A DNA stretch of 64,000 bases from Spirochaetaceae bacterium (GTDB lineage Bacteria; Spirochaetota; Spirochaetia; B11-G9), in contig DAOWEB010000162.1 of NCBI GenBank assembly GCA_030638735.1, forward strand, positions 1,416 to 65,415, read 5' to 3'. A model generated the notes under the pieces. That model was not told the DNA's origin, did not search any database, and saw only the letters and a program-made list of their open reading frames with translations. The position numbers and the translations under genes are program-made. Shown here in pieces: positions 11,059 through 19,187 of the stretch (positions within the stretch are counted from its first letter, which is position 1; the number at the start of each line of letters is the position of its first letter).

Positions 11059-11655
11059 ATGAAACTAAAAAGAAGAAAAGTAATTAAGATGAAACACGGA
11101 CATGATATTATCAGAAAGTCCGGAAGAAAATTTACTTATGTAGTAAGTAGAAATAAAAATTATCTTGATAAAGAATTCGAAGATTCCGAAGAGTTTAAAA
11201 CTCCAAGTGAGGATTATCAGAAGTTCCTTGATGCTCTGGAAGAGGTTAGAAAAAATTGTGCAAATAAAGATGCTAACAAAAAACCAATCACAACAGTTCA
11301 ACCTCTTGGTGATGGAAGACAAAGGATTGTGTATGATATTCCTGATGCTGATAACCCAACCGGTAAGTTTCGGGTTGAGCTGGCTAAAGCTGAAAAGAAA
11401 TTTGAGAAAGCAATCAAAGATCATGAGGCCAAACTTAAGGAATTTGATGAAGTGTTTATGGAAGAGGAGATTGAAATACGCCTGATTAAAATCAACTATG
11501 ATGATATTCCTGCAGATGCTAATCAGGATGAGATGGATGCTATTTTTCCTCTTATTGATCCAAGTACTTTGCCTGATGATTTGAAGGAAGAACCAGAAGA
11601 AGAGATTAAAGCTGAAGATGATAAGAAGGAGAAACCGAAAGAAGAAGTGAAATAA
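11059..11655 (+). CDS. highly charged Lys/Glu/Asp-rich protein
   Basis: 198-aa ORF after the only sizeable + strand intergenic gap (10965-11058). Acidic C-terminal tail (EEPEEEIKAEDDKKEKPKEEVK). An alternative ATG exists at 11089. Confidence 0.55.
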   Translation: MKLKRRKVIKMKHGHDIIRKSGRKFTYVVSRNKNYLDKEFEDSEEFKTPSEDYQKFLDALEEVRKNCANKDANKKPITTVQPLGDGRQRIVYDIPDADNPTGKFRVELAKAEKKFEKAIKDHEAKLKEFDEVFMEEEIEIRLIKINYDDIPADANQDEMDAIFPLIDPSTLPDDLKEEPEEEIKAEDDKKEKPKEEVK

Positions 11656-11663
11656 TTGTTCTT

Positions 11664-12734
11664 ATGGATACAATTAAAAATACTGTATGCCTTTGTCTTA
11701 TTGTAAAAAATGAGTCTAAGGTTATAAAGCGAATGATTGATTCATGTCGTGATATAATCGATTCATGGCTTATAATAGATACAGGGAGTGTAGATGATAG
11801 CAAGGAAATAATCTCCCGGGAACTGAAGAATATCCCGGGGGAACTTCTTGAATCTAAATGGGTAGATTTTGCTACTAACAGAACTGAGCTTGTTCAAAAA
11901 GCTAAAAATAAAGCTACTTACTTATTGATATTAGATGCAGATATAACAGTTGTTTTGAATAAATCTTTCGATAAACAATCTTTATCACATCAAGCATATT
12001 ATATACGCCATCTTGGAGAACTTGATTATGCTAAACTTCTTCTTGTTAGAACTGATCTTAATTGGTATTATAAAAATGTTGTACATGAATATATTACTGC
12101 TGATGATTTTAATGAGAAGCCGGTAGTAACAGATATGATGATGATACGGGATTATTATGATGGGTCCAATCAAAGAGATGATGTAAAAACACTTTTGGAA
12201 TCTATAAAGAAAGAACCTACTAATGCCAGAAACTATTTCTATCTAGCTCAGAGTTATTTGAATAATGAAGAATATTCAAAGGCCATTGATAATTATAAGA
12301 ATAGGGTGAATTTAGGTGGTTGGCAGGAAGAGGTTTATTATTCATTGTATCAGATAGGTGTATGTTATTATCATATCAAGGATAATGAGAATGCAAAAAG
12401 ATATCTACTGGAAGCATACAATTATCGTCCAAGCAGATTTGAATCATTGTACCATTTAGGACTTATATATCGAAATGAGAATAAGCATAATCTTGCTTTA
12501 TTATATCTTGAAACAATAGAAAGTATTGGATATCCGGATGATATACTCTTTATACATAGGGACCAATGGGAGTATAAAGTTTATTTTGAATTGGCGATAT
12601 GTTATTATTGGATAGGTGAATATAAGTTATCCTTAAAATATTCAACCCTGGTAGATAATGTAGAGGATGTAACAGAAGAATATAAGGCTTATAATGATAA
12701 GAACATGAAGTATGCCCAGGATAAACTAAAGTAA
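11664..12734 (+). CDS. family-2 glycosyltransferase fused to TPR repeats
   Basis: N-terminal CLCLIVKNESKVIKRMIDSC...WLIIDTGSVDDSKEII and the LILDADI (DxD) motif are typical of GT2. The C-terminal half has TPR-like repeats (YFYLAQSYLNNEEYSKAIDNY..., YSLYQIGVCYYHIKDNENAKRYL..., YHLGLIYRNENKHNLALLYL...). Confidence 0.7.
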   Translation: MDTIKNTVCLCLIVKNESKVIKRMIDSCRDIIDSWLIIDTGSVDDSKEIISRELKNIPGELLESKWVDFATNRTELVQKAKNKATYLLILDADITVVLNKSFDKQSLSHQAYYIRHLGELDYAKLLLVRTDLNWYYKNVVHEYITADDFNEKPVVTDMMMIRDYYDGSNQRDDVKTLLESIKKEPTNARNYFYLAQSYLNNEEYSKAIDNYKNRVNLGGWQEEVYYSLYQIGVCYYHIKDNENAKRYLLEAYNYRPSRFESLYHLGLIYRNENKHNLALLYLETIESIGYPDDILFIHRDQWEYKVYFELAICYYWIGEYKLSLKYSTLVDNVEDVTEEYKAYNDKNMKYAQDKLK

Positions 12735-12752
12735 GAACTTAAAAATATAGCC

Positions 12753-13046
12753 ATGCAAGTATTGAATCAGACACAGTTAAACAGTGATATAGCGATAATA
12801 CAATTATTGCATGGTCGTTTTGGTGATGATCTGGCGAAATGTCTTGCTTATCATACCGGGAATATAGAACACATCAGAACTCTCAATGATGAAAATTTTA
12901 TGATTGGGAATTATCTTGAAGCATTGAATCGTTATGTAGTTGTTGGAGATACAACGGCGAATGATTTAAAGAATGTATTAACCGTTACTGATATAGAAGC
13001 AATAATCGATGATTGTTATAGGCGTATGAATAGATACAATACTTAA
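12753..13046 (+). CDS. hypothetical protein
   Basis: 97-aa ATG ORF, co-oriented and tightly spaced with neighbours. Confidence 0.6.
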   Translation: MQVLNQTQLNSDIAIIQLLHGRFGDDLAKCLAYHTGNIEHIRTLNDENFMIGNYLEALNRYVVVGDTTANDLKNVLTVTDIEAIIDDCYRRMNRYNT

Positions 13047-13065
13047 AATTAAATAATTAGAAACC

Positions 13066-13383
13066 ATGGGAACAAAAGTACATGTTATACAGAGTCAAGA
13101 TTCTAAAGGGAATCCTGTTATGGCTTTAAGACCAAAAGCTGAGGGTACAGAGGCTGTAGCAAGTGGAGCAATTTCTTCTGCTTTTACTAGTAATGTAGTT
13201 CGTTTGGTAGCTACATCTGGTAATACAAGAATTCGTTTCGGTACTCTTGCTACTGCTACTACGGCTGGAGTAACAGATATTTTACTTCTTGAAAATGTTC
13301 CTGAATACTTCAGTGTTATTCCTGGACAAATATTATGGAATCAGGGAGTTGAAGTAGATGTTACTAATTTTGATGTAGGTTAA
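13066..13383 (+). CDS. hypothetical small virion protein
   Basis: 105-aa ATG ORF, Ala/Thr/Val-rich with beta-type composition. Confidence 0.6.
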   Translation: MGTKVHVIQSQDSKGNPVMALRPKAEGTEAVASGAISSAFTSNVVRLVATSGNTRIRFGTLATATTAGVTDILLLENVPEYFSVIPGQILWNQGVEVDVTNFDVG

Positions 13384-13395
13384 TAATTAGTAATT

Positions 13396-14115
13396 ATGGC
13401 AAAGTTTGCATCATATAGAAATCAGATGGGTGTTATACTTGGTGCAAGTGCAAGTACACCACCATCTTCATACGAGGATTTAACTACGTATACAGAAGTT
13501 GATCCAGAAACTGATTTTGCGGTTACATCAACCACACTGACAGTTACAGATATGCATACTGAGCATGTAGCTGCATATATATATAAAGATTATACAGCAG
13601 ATTATTTTACAAAAGATCTTGAGATACAATTTGAATTTGTTGTTACAGACCCGAATAACGGTCAGGATACAAGTGATATGTTTGGTATTTTATCTCTTAA
13701 CAGTATTTTAGGTACAAGGAATAGTGGAACATCTGGTCCTACTGTTCGTTGGACTCCAAAGATGGTGTCAAATCAAATACAGTTATTTTGTGGAGATAAT
13801 AATTATGCTACAAGTTATGCGACTTTTATTGCTGGTGCTGGTGTTGTTTTCTATTGTACTCTTACAAGGGTGTCGGTAGCAGCTCCGGGTGATTGTAGTA
13901 TATTACTTGATGTATATAGTGATTCTGCCAGAACTATACGGATGAATATGGCTAATGGTAATCCATCAATACAATATGGACGTAATGATATACCAACAGT
14001 AGACGGATTAACAAAATACAGGTACTTGCAATTAGGAACGAGCGAAAAGGATAGTGCTGATACTACGGCTTATGGTTCATATTATATTCAAAATGTTGAA
14101 ATAGTATCACATTAA
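13396..14115 (+). CDS. hypothetical protein (beta-sandwich-like composition)
   Basis: 239-aa ATG ORF. No motif recognised. Confidence 0.65.
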   Translation: MAKFASYRNQMGVILGASASTPPSSYEDLTTYTEVDPETDFAVTSTTLTVTDMHTEHVAAYIYKDYTADYFTKDLEIQFEFVVTDPNNGQDTSDMFGILSLNSILGTRNSGTSGPTVRWTPKMVSNQIQLFCGDNNYATSYATFIAGAGVVFYCTLTRVSVAAPGDCSILLDVYSDSARTIRMNMANGNPSIQYGRNDIPTVDGLTKYRYLQLGTSEKDSADTTAYGSYYIQNVEIVSH

Positions 14116-14142
14116 AAATAATATTAATTAAAAATTAATAAA

Positions 14143-14538
14143 ATGTGTATTGATCTACTTAAAGCGTATACAGATAAGCTTGTTCAACTGGAGGATATCA
14201 GTGAGAAGAAGAATGGTAGTACTGTATATAGTTTGGAACGAGGAACAGCTATTTCATTTGATCTTCTAAGAGGGGAAAATGTTGATGTGTTTCATACATT
14301 TCTATCTAAGGACTCTATATTCCCATTACATGAGCATGTAGAATCTTGTGAAACATTTATTCTTATTAGTGGAAAATTGACGGTTATTTGTGATGAAGAT
14401 GGAATAGAAAATCATCATGAATTACTAATTGGTATTCCTTTTTATATTGATAAAAAAATAAAGCATTTATTAAGTGTGAAGGAGGATAGTTGGGTGATAA
14501 CAATTATAATTCCACCTGATGCACAAATTTTAAAATAG
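14143..14538 (+). CDS. cupin-fold protein
   Basis: PLHEHVESCETFILISGKLTV resembles cupin motif 1 (HxH...E...G). The 131-aa size fits a single-domain cupin. Confidence 0.5.
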   Translation: MCIDLLKAYTDKLVQLEDISEKKNGSTVYSLERGTAISFDLLRGENVDVFHTFLSKDSIFPLHEHVESCETFILISGKLTVICDEDGIENHHELLIGIPFYIDKKIKHLLSVKEDSWVITIIIPPDAQILK

Positions 14539-14545
14539 ATGCTTT

Positions 14546-14836
14546 ATGGCCAATGTGGAATCAAGTAGTAGCTTTTTTAATTGGATTAAAGAGGTTTACA
14601 AGGAAATAAGAGAACTCAGAGATGAGGATAATCAATGTCAGAAAGACCGGGATGCGATTAAAGTATTAATAAATAAGATTGAAAAAGATGTTAAAGATGA
14701 TAATAATGAATTGCGTATTGCTTTTGAAAAGTTTGAAACGAAGATAGATACAAGATACAAAATACAACAAAGAATCATTACAATAGTATTATCAATTATG
14801 GGTTTAGCATTAACATTGACACTAATTTTTAAATAA
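14546..14836 (+). CDS. tail-anchored membrane protein with coiled-coil
   Basis: 96 aa: a charged helical N-terminal part and one C-terminal hydrophobic helix (IITIVLSIMGLALTLTLIF). Sits immediately upstream of the endolysin. Confidence 0.55.
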   Translation: MANVESSSSFFNWIKEVYKEIRELRDEDNQCQKDRDAIKVLINKIEKDVKDDNNELRIAFEKFETKIDTRYKIQQRIITIVLSIMGLALTLTLIFK

Positions 14837-14842
14837 GATATC

Positions 14843-15340
14843 ATGAAAATCAGAGATTTATATTCCTTTGGAAATAGCAGTAATACAAGACTTGAAACTG
14901 TTTCTGGTTATTTACAATTAACTGCAAGAAAAATGATACGTACTACACCTGTTGATTGTGGTGTGCCATATAGAGGTGGTAAGCGAACTATTGATGATCA
15001 GGAAGACATATTTTCAAAAGGTTGGTCTAAATGCGATGGTATTGAAAAGATTAGTTATCATCAAAAAACAGATAATGAAGGATTTGGACTTGCCCTTGAT
15101 ATTGTTCCTTATATAAAAGGAAAAGGATTTGATTATACAGCTACAGGAAGGTTTGGTATTATCATAGCCTATATGCTTGAGGCATGGGAAGAATTACAAG
15201 ATTCTGGAGAGATCCCTATTGATTTATATTTACATGCCGGTGGTTTATGGAAGAATCGTGGAGGTGATCCTACAGCACTTGGATGGGATATGGCACACTT
15301 TGAAATCAGAGACTATCCACAGATACAAAGATTAACTTAA
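14843..15340 (+). CDS. peptidase M15 (LAS-family, VanY / L-Ala-D-Glu peptidase-like) endolysin
   Basis: ISYHQ...GLALDIVP (SxHxxGxAxD-type zinc site) and GWDMAHFEI (DxxHxE) motifs. Confidence 0.75.
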   Translation: MKIRDLYSFGNSSNTRLETVSGYLQLTARKMIRTTPVDCGVPYRGGKRTIDDQEDIFSKGWSKCDGIEKISYHQKTDNEGFGLALDIVPYIKGKGFDYTATGRFGIIIAYMLEAWEELQDSGEIPIDLYLHAGGLWKNRGGDPTALGWDMAHFEIRDYPQIQRLT

Positions 15341-15351
15341 AATATAATATC

Positions 15352-15669
15352 ATGGAAACATTTGTATTAATTTTACTTGGATTTGCAGGAATACTTCTGC
15401 ATGTTGTTATGAAGTTCAGGGATCAGATTACTAAGTTCCCAAAGAATGGAAACTCTTTTAAGGAAAGACTTAGAAAGGTCTGGAATGTATTTGATCTTCT
15501 TGGTAATGTAGTGTATGCTATATTTGCTTTGATCGTTGTTATTGTATGTGTAATTGCCAGGGATAAAATGGAAAGCATTGGACTTCCAATTACAGAGTTA
15601 ACGATTCTTGGTATTGGTTATGCTGCAGATTCATTTGTTAAGAATATTAAGACTGAAAAGAAACAGTGA
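15352..15669 (+). CDS. holin candidate (2-3 transmembrane helices)
   Basis: 105 aa with hydrophobic helices FVLILLGFAGILLHVVM and VVYAIFALIVVIVCVIA, a weaker third helix, and a charged C-terminus. Adjacent to the endolysin. Confidence 0.5.
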   Translation: METFVLILLGFAGILLHVVMKFRDQITKFPKNGNSFKERLRKVWNVFDLLGNVVYAIFALIVVIVCVIARDKMESIGLPITELTILGIGYAADSFVKNIKTEKKQ

Positions 15670-16133
15670 TGAAAATTGATGTAAAAAAGATAGCTGGATG
15701 GTTAGCTCCTGTTATTCTTATTCTAAGTGTTCTTGGAATAAGTGCTGCATCATTGAGTAATAATGTTAAAAATATATGGAGAGCTCCGGCTGAAATCGTA
15801 AAACTAAAAGCTGAAATTGTTAGTAAAGATTCTATTATCAATCTTCAGGAAAATCGTATAGATCATTTACAAAATCAAGTTCGAATGTTTTATGAGACTG
15901 ATCGAACATTAACTGATCGTTTTGATTCTATATGGTATGAAATTACATTGGATGATGGAACTAAATATGATGTGCATATCCGTACTACTAATGAAGGAGC
16001 AATGATTGGATTTATCTCAGATCTTTGGATTCAATATCCTGTTTATTACGATACTGATGGTTTAATGTATATTACACCACACCAACCGGATACTCATGTA
16101 AAAAAAGGTACTTATCTTAAAGTGAAACAATAA
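15669..16133 (+). CDS. N-terminally membrane-anchored protein, possible i-spanin-like lysis accessory protein
   Basis: The ORF track starts at GTG 15666. ATG at 15669 overlaps the upstream TGA (TGATG). N-terminal anchor WLAPVILILSVLGISAASL is followed by a coiled-coil segment. Confidence 0.4.
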   Translation: MKIDVKKIAGWLAPVILILSVLGISAASLSNNVKNIWRAPAEIVKLKAEIVSKDSIINLQENRIDHLQNQVRMFYETDRTLTDRFDSIWYEITLDDGTKYDVHIRTTNEGAMIGFISDLWIQYPVYYDTDGLMYITPHQPDTHVKKGTYLKVKQ

Positions 16134-16873
16134 TGAATTTGATTAAACAATTTTTAGCCTGGTTAAAACTGAACAAGGGATATGTTCGGTTTGTATTAAC
16201 TATTATAGTAGTTATTTTAATAATCTCTTTTTATATTTCCAGAGGAAAACATATCAGAGAATCTACAGAATACAAAGTTAAATCTGAACAACTTCAGAAA
16301 GATAGAACTGATAATCAAAAACTTATATCTATTCTTAATCTTGGTATTAAAAATAGAAATAAGAAAATTAGTACTCTTATGATAGATAAGGCTAGAATTA
16401 TAATTGAAAGAGAAGATACTGCAAAGCAAAGAGATGCTATTAAAAAAGAACGGGATGATTTGCAAGATCAGATCGATAACATGCCTAAAAGTGATATCTA
16501 TACTATTCTCATGGACATATGGCCACCCAAAGGAATATTGGAATTTGAGTTTGCCGGGAACCAGATAGGAGAAATATATAAAGTAACTGTTGATTACAAA
16601 CTGGTATTAAAAGATAATGTAGCTCTTGAAAAAGATGTTAAGGATTGTGATTTAATGGTACTTAAGGGAGATAGTATTCAACATCAGTTAAAAGGAAATA
16701 TACTGGATCTTAATACAACGGATTCTTTGAATAATGAATTAATCCTTAACTTGTCTGAGGAAGTAGAGATTGGTCAGGATGAAGTTAAAAGATTAAAACG
16801 TAAATTATTCTGGACATATGTAGGTGCCGGTATAATAATCGTAGGGGAAACAGTAGTATTTATTTCTAATTAA
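16133..16873 (+). CDS. bitopic coiled-coil membrane protein
   Basis: 246 aa with an N-terminal TM (VRFVLTIIVVILIISFYI), a long charged coiled coil and a C-terminal TM (WTYVGAGIIIVGETVVFI). TAATG overlap with the upstream gene. Confidence 0.45.
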   Translation: MNLIKQFLAWLKLNKGYVRFVLTIIVVILIISFYISRGKHIRESTEYKVKSEQLQKDRTDNQKLISILNLGIKNRNKKISTLMIDKARIIIEREDTAKQRDAIKKERDDLQDQIDNMPKSDIYTILMDIWPPKGILEFEFAGNQIGEIYKVTVDYKLVLKDNVALEKDVKDCDLMVLKGDSIQHQLKGNILDLNTTDSLNNELILNLSEEVEIGQDEVKRLKRKLFWTYVGAGIIIVGETVVFISN

Positions 16874-16879
16874 AATATT

Positions 16880-17596
16880 ATGGTATTAGCGGAATACATA
16901 TATGAATTAAGACTTATTATCAGAAGAGAAAACCTTTATGATGATGATCGTCTTGATGATAGGTTATTAAAGCATTGGATTCATAATCAGCGTTCTTTAT
17001 GGTTAAGAAATGAAATGAATAAGCCCAGGTCAGTAGATGAGCAGATTATTCAGTCTTTAGGTGCTGTAGCTTTAGAGGTTGCGGATAGGAGTACTTCTTT
17101 AAGTTATTTAACCGGTTACTCTGTATTACAAACTGCAAGTGATATACCAAAGGTTATTGAACTGAATAACGGAGATGGTATTATTGAGGTAGGGCCGGTA
17201 GATAAAATATCACGGCCATTTTCATATATAAATATACAACGTTCCAGGTTTATCGGAAATGGTAGATTTAATAAAAACTGCATTTATGCTTTCCGTTATG
17301 GTAATAGAATTTTATTGGCAGCTAAAGAGATGGAATCCGGATCTTTTCTTAAGTATATGCGCTATATTACTGTAAGGGGAGTATTTGAAAATCCTCTTGA
17401 TGTAGCAACATTTAATCATGTTTCCGGGGATTCGTGTTATGATGTTAATACTGATGATTATCCATTAAACAGATGGATGTGGAATTATATACGGGACATG
17501 ATAATTAAGACAAATTTTGACTTGCTGGTACAGGCTCCTACTGATAAAGCTAATGATTCGTCAGAAACTTTAACTGTAGACACACATGAAGAATAA
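16880..17596 (+). CDS. hypothetical structural-module protein
   Basis: 238-aa ATG ORF. Confidence 0.65.
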   Translation: MVLAEYIYELRLIIRRENLYDDDRLDDRLLKHWIHNQRSLWLRNEMNKPRSVDEQIIQSLGAVALEVADRSTSLSYLTGYSVLQTASDIPKVIELNNGDGIIEVGPVDKISRPFSYINIQRSRFIGNGRFNKNCIYAFRYGNRILLAAKEMESGSFLKYMRYITVRGVFENPLDVATFNHVSGDSCYDVNTDDYPLNRWMWNYIRDMIIKTNFDLLVQAPTDKANDSSETLTVDTHEE

Positions 17597-18098
17597 AGAG
17601 AAAAACGGTTTGAAGGAAATCTATAAGCATTTCTGTGAGAACTATAAGATGTATGAGAAAGTTGTTGATTATAAAACATTTAGAGATGTTATAAAAGCAT
17701 TTAACAAGGAGATTGTCAGGTTGTTAGTTGAAGAGGGTGCTGAATTTAAAATGCCGGATAGATTAGGAACTATCAGGCTTAGAAAATATAAGCGGAGAAT
17801 AGAATTTAATGATGAAGGAAGAATTAAAAATCTACCTGTCAATTGGAAAATGACATGGGAACTTTGGGATAGGGAATATCCTAATGTGGTCCGAAGTGAA
17901 ATGAAATATATAAAAGGAAAACCTTTAGTATATCATTTAAATGAACATACAGATGGATATCGAATTTATTTATACTGGAATAAAAAAGGCAGTAATGCTC
18001 GTAACAAAGGTGTTTATGCTTTCCAGTTTACATCAGTTAATAATCGTTACCTAGCAAGAGTTGTGCAAGGTGATAATAAACCAGAATATTATGAATGA
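17586..18098 (+). CDS. possible HU/IHF-like DNA-binding protein
   Basis: FRDVIKAFNKEIVRLLVEEGAEFKMPDRLGTIRLRKYKRRIEFN resembles the HU fold (helix, then a beta-arm with basic residues). IHF/HU-like genes are known in crAss-like structural modules. Confidence 0.4.
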   Translation: MKNKEKNGLKEIYKHFCENYKMYEKVVDYKTFRDVIKAFNKEIVRLLVEEGAEFKMPDRLGTIRLRKYKRRIEFNDEGRIKNLPVNWKMTWELWDREYPNVVRSEMKYIKGKPLVYHLNEHTDGYRIYLYWNKKGSNARNKGVYAFQFTSVNNRYLARVVQGDNKPEYYE

Positions 18099-18429
18099 TT
18101 TAAAAGAAGTACCATTTGATACAGACATTAAAGATAAAAAAGAATCTTTTAGCTTTAGTAAGGAAGTAGATGGTGTAACGAAAACCCTTTCTGGCCGTCA
18201 GGTTGAAAATGGATGGCTGGTAACTATTCGTAAAGAATGGAGGGACGAACCAAAAGAAGGAAGTGATTATAGGGAGTGGCATTCAAAAGAGTTTGAGTAT
18301 GTCACAAAAACAAATCCTGTTGAGGATTTAAAAAAGAAGAAGAAAGAGGAAAAGGGAGAAGGAGATACAGAGATAACTAAACTCTTAAGTGCCTTTGCAA
18401 CTAATTCAGGTATGTTACTGGTAGACTAA
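18091..18429 (+). CDS. hypothetical Lys/Glu-rich protein
   Basis: The ORF track begins at TTG 18061. The in-frame ATG at 18091 overlaps the upstream stop (ATGAATGA). Confidence 0.55.
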   Translation: MNDLKEVPFDTDIKDKKESFSFSKEVDGVTKTLSGRQVENGWLVTIRKEWRDEPKEGSDYREWHSKEFEYVTKTNPVEDLKKKKKEEKGEGDTEITKLLSAFATNSGMLLVD

Positions 18430-18440
18430 TATTTAAAGCC

Positions 18441-19187
18441 ATGAATAATTATATTTCATTATCGAGGGTCCTTGAGGAAGTATATCAAAACGAGGATTAT
18501 GCACATGAGTTAGATTGGAATGATGCTGTATCCTGGGCTGGTAAAGCCTTAAGGTTAATAGGAGCTCCTAAAGCTTTTTTAGAAAAGACTACCGGGAATT
18601 CTCTTGTTACTCCGAATATTACTGTAGTAGATTACAGGGGTGAGTTACCTATAGATCTTATATCTATATTACCTGGTGGTGTAAGAGATTATGATAGTAA
18701 ACAGGTTTATGATTCTAATAAGAATTCATTTGCTACAAGAGCTGCAATTAAGGATGAAGCCCCTTCAGTAACAACAGGTAGATTTAGTTATATAATCAAA
18801 GATAGTTTTATTGAAATAAATCAAGCAACCGCAACACTTGAACTGGCATATAAAGCCTTTGCTATTGATGATGATGGTTTTCCAATGATCCCGGATATTG
18901 AAAGAGTTATTGAGGCTATACGTGCATTTATCACATATAGAACTGATCATAAACTTTGGAGAAGAAATAAATTAAGAGAGTCTGTTTATCGTGATAGTGA
19001 AAAGGAATGGTTATGGTATGTTGGTAGTGCTCAGACTGCATTACGTATTCAGTCTCCGGACGAGAGGGCTGTATGGACAATAGAATGGACCAGGTTGTTA
19101 CCGGTTCTTAAAGGGTTTGATCAATCAAATGCATTTATGGGAAGTCGTGAAGACTTAAATATTGGATTTAATAATGTAAATCAGTAA
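18441..19187 (+). CDS. hypothetical structural-module protein
   Basis: 248-aa ATG ORF. TAATG coupling to the next gene. Confidence 0.65.
   Translation: MNNYISLSRVLEEVYQNEDYAHELDWNDAVSWAGKALRLIGAPKAFLEKTTGNSLVTPNITVVDYRGELPIDLISILPGGVRDYDSKQVYDSNKNSFATRAAIKDEAPSVTTGRFSYIIKDSFIEINQATATLELAYKAFAIDDDGFPMIPDIERVIEAIRAFITYRTDHKLWRRNKLRESVYRDSEKEWLWYVGSAQTALRIQSPDERAVWTIEWTRLLPVLKGFDQSNAFMGSREDLNIGFNNVNQ

Noticed and set aside
18061-18090. N-terminal extensions in the ORF track that begin at TTG or GTG (18061, 15666, 49179, 49466, 51036, 52484, 53845, 61456, 62906, 63885)
   Set aside because: In each case except 63885 an in-frame ATG a few codons downstream gives a canonical ATGA/TAATG overlap or a short gap with the upstream gene, so the shorter ATG-initiated models were preferred. 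Entry 63885 is instead an ORF truncated by the window edge.
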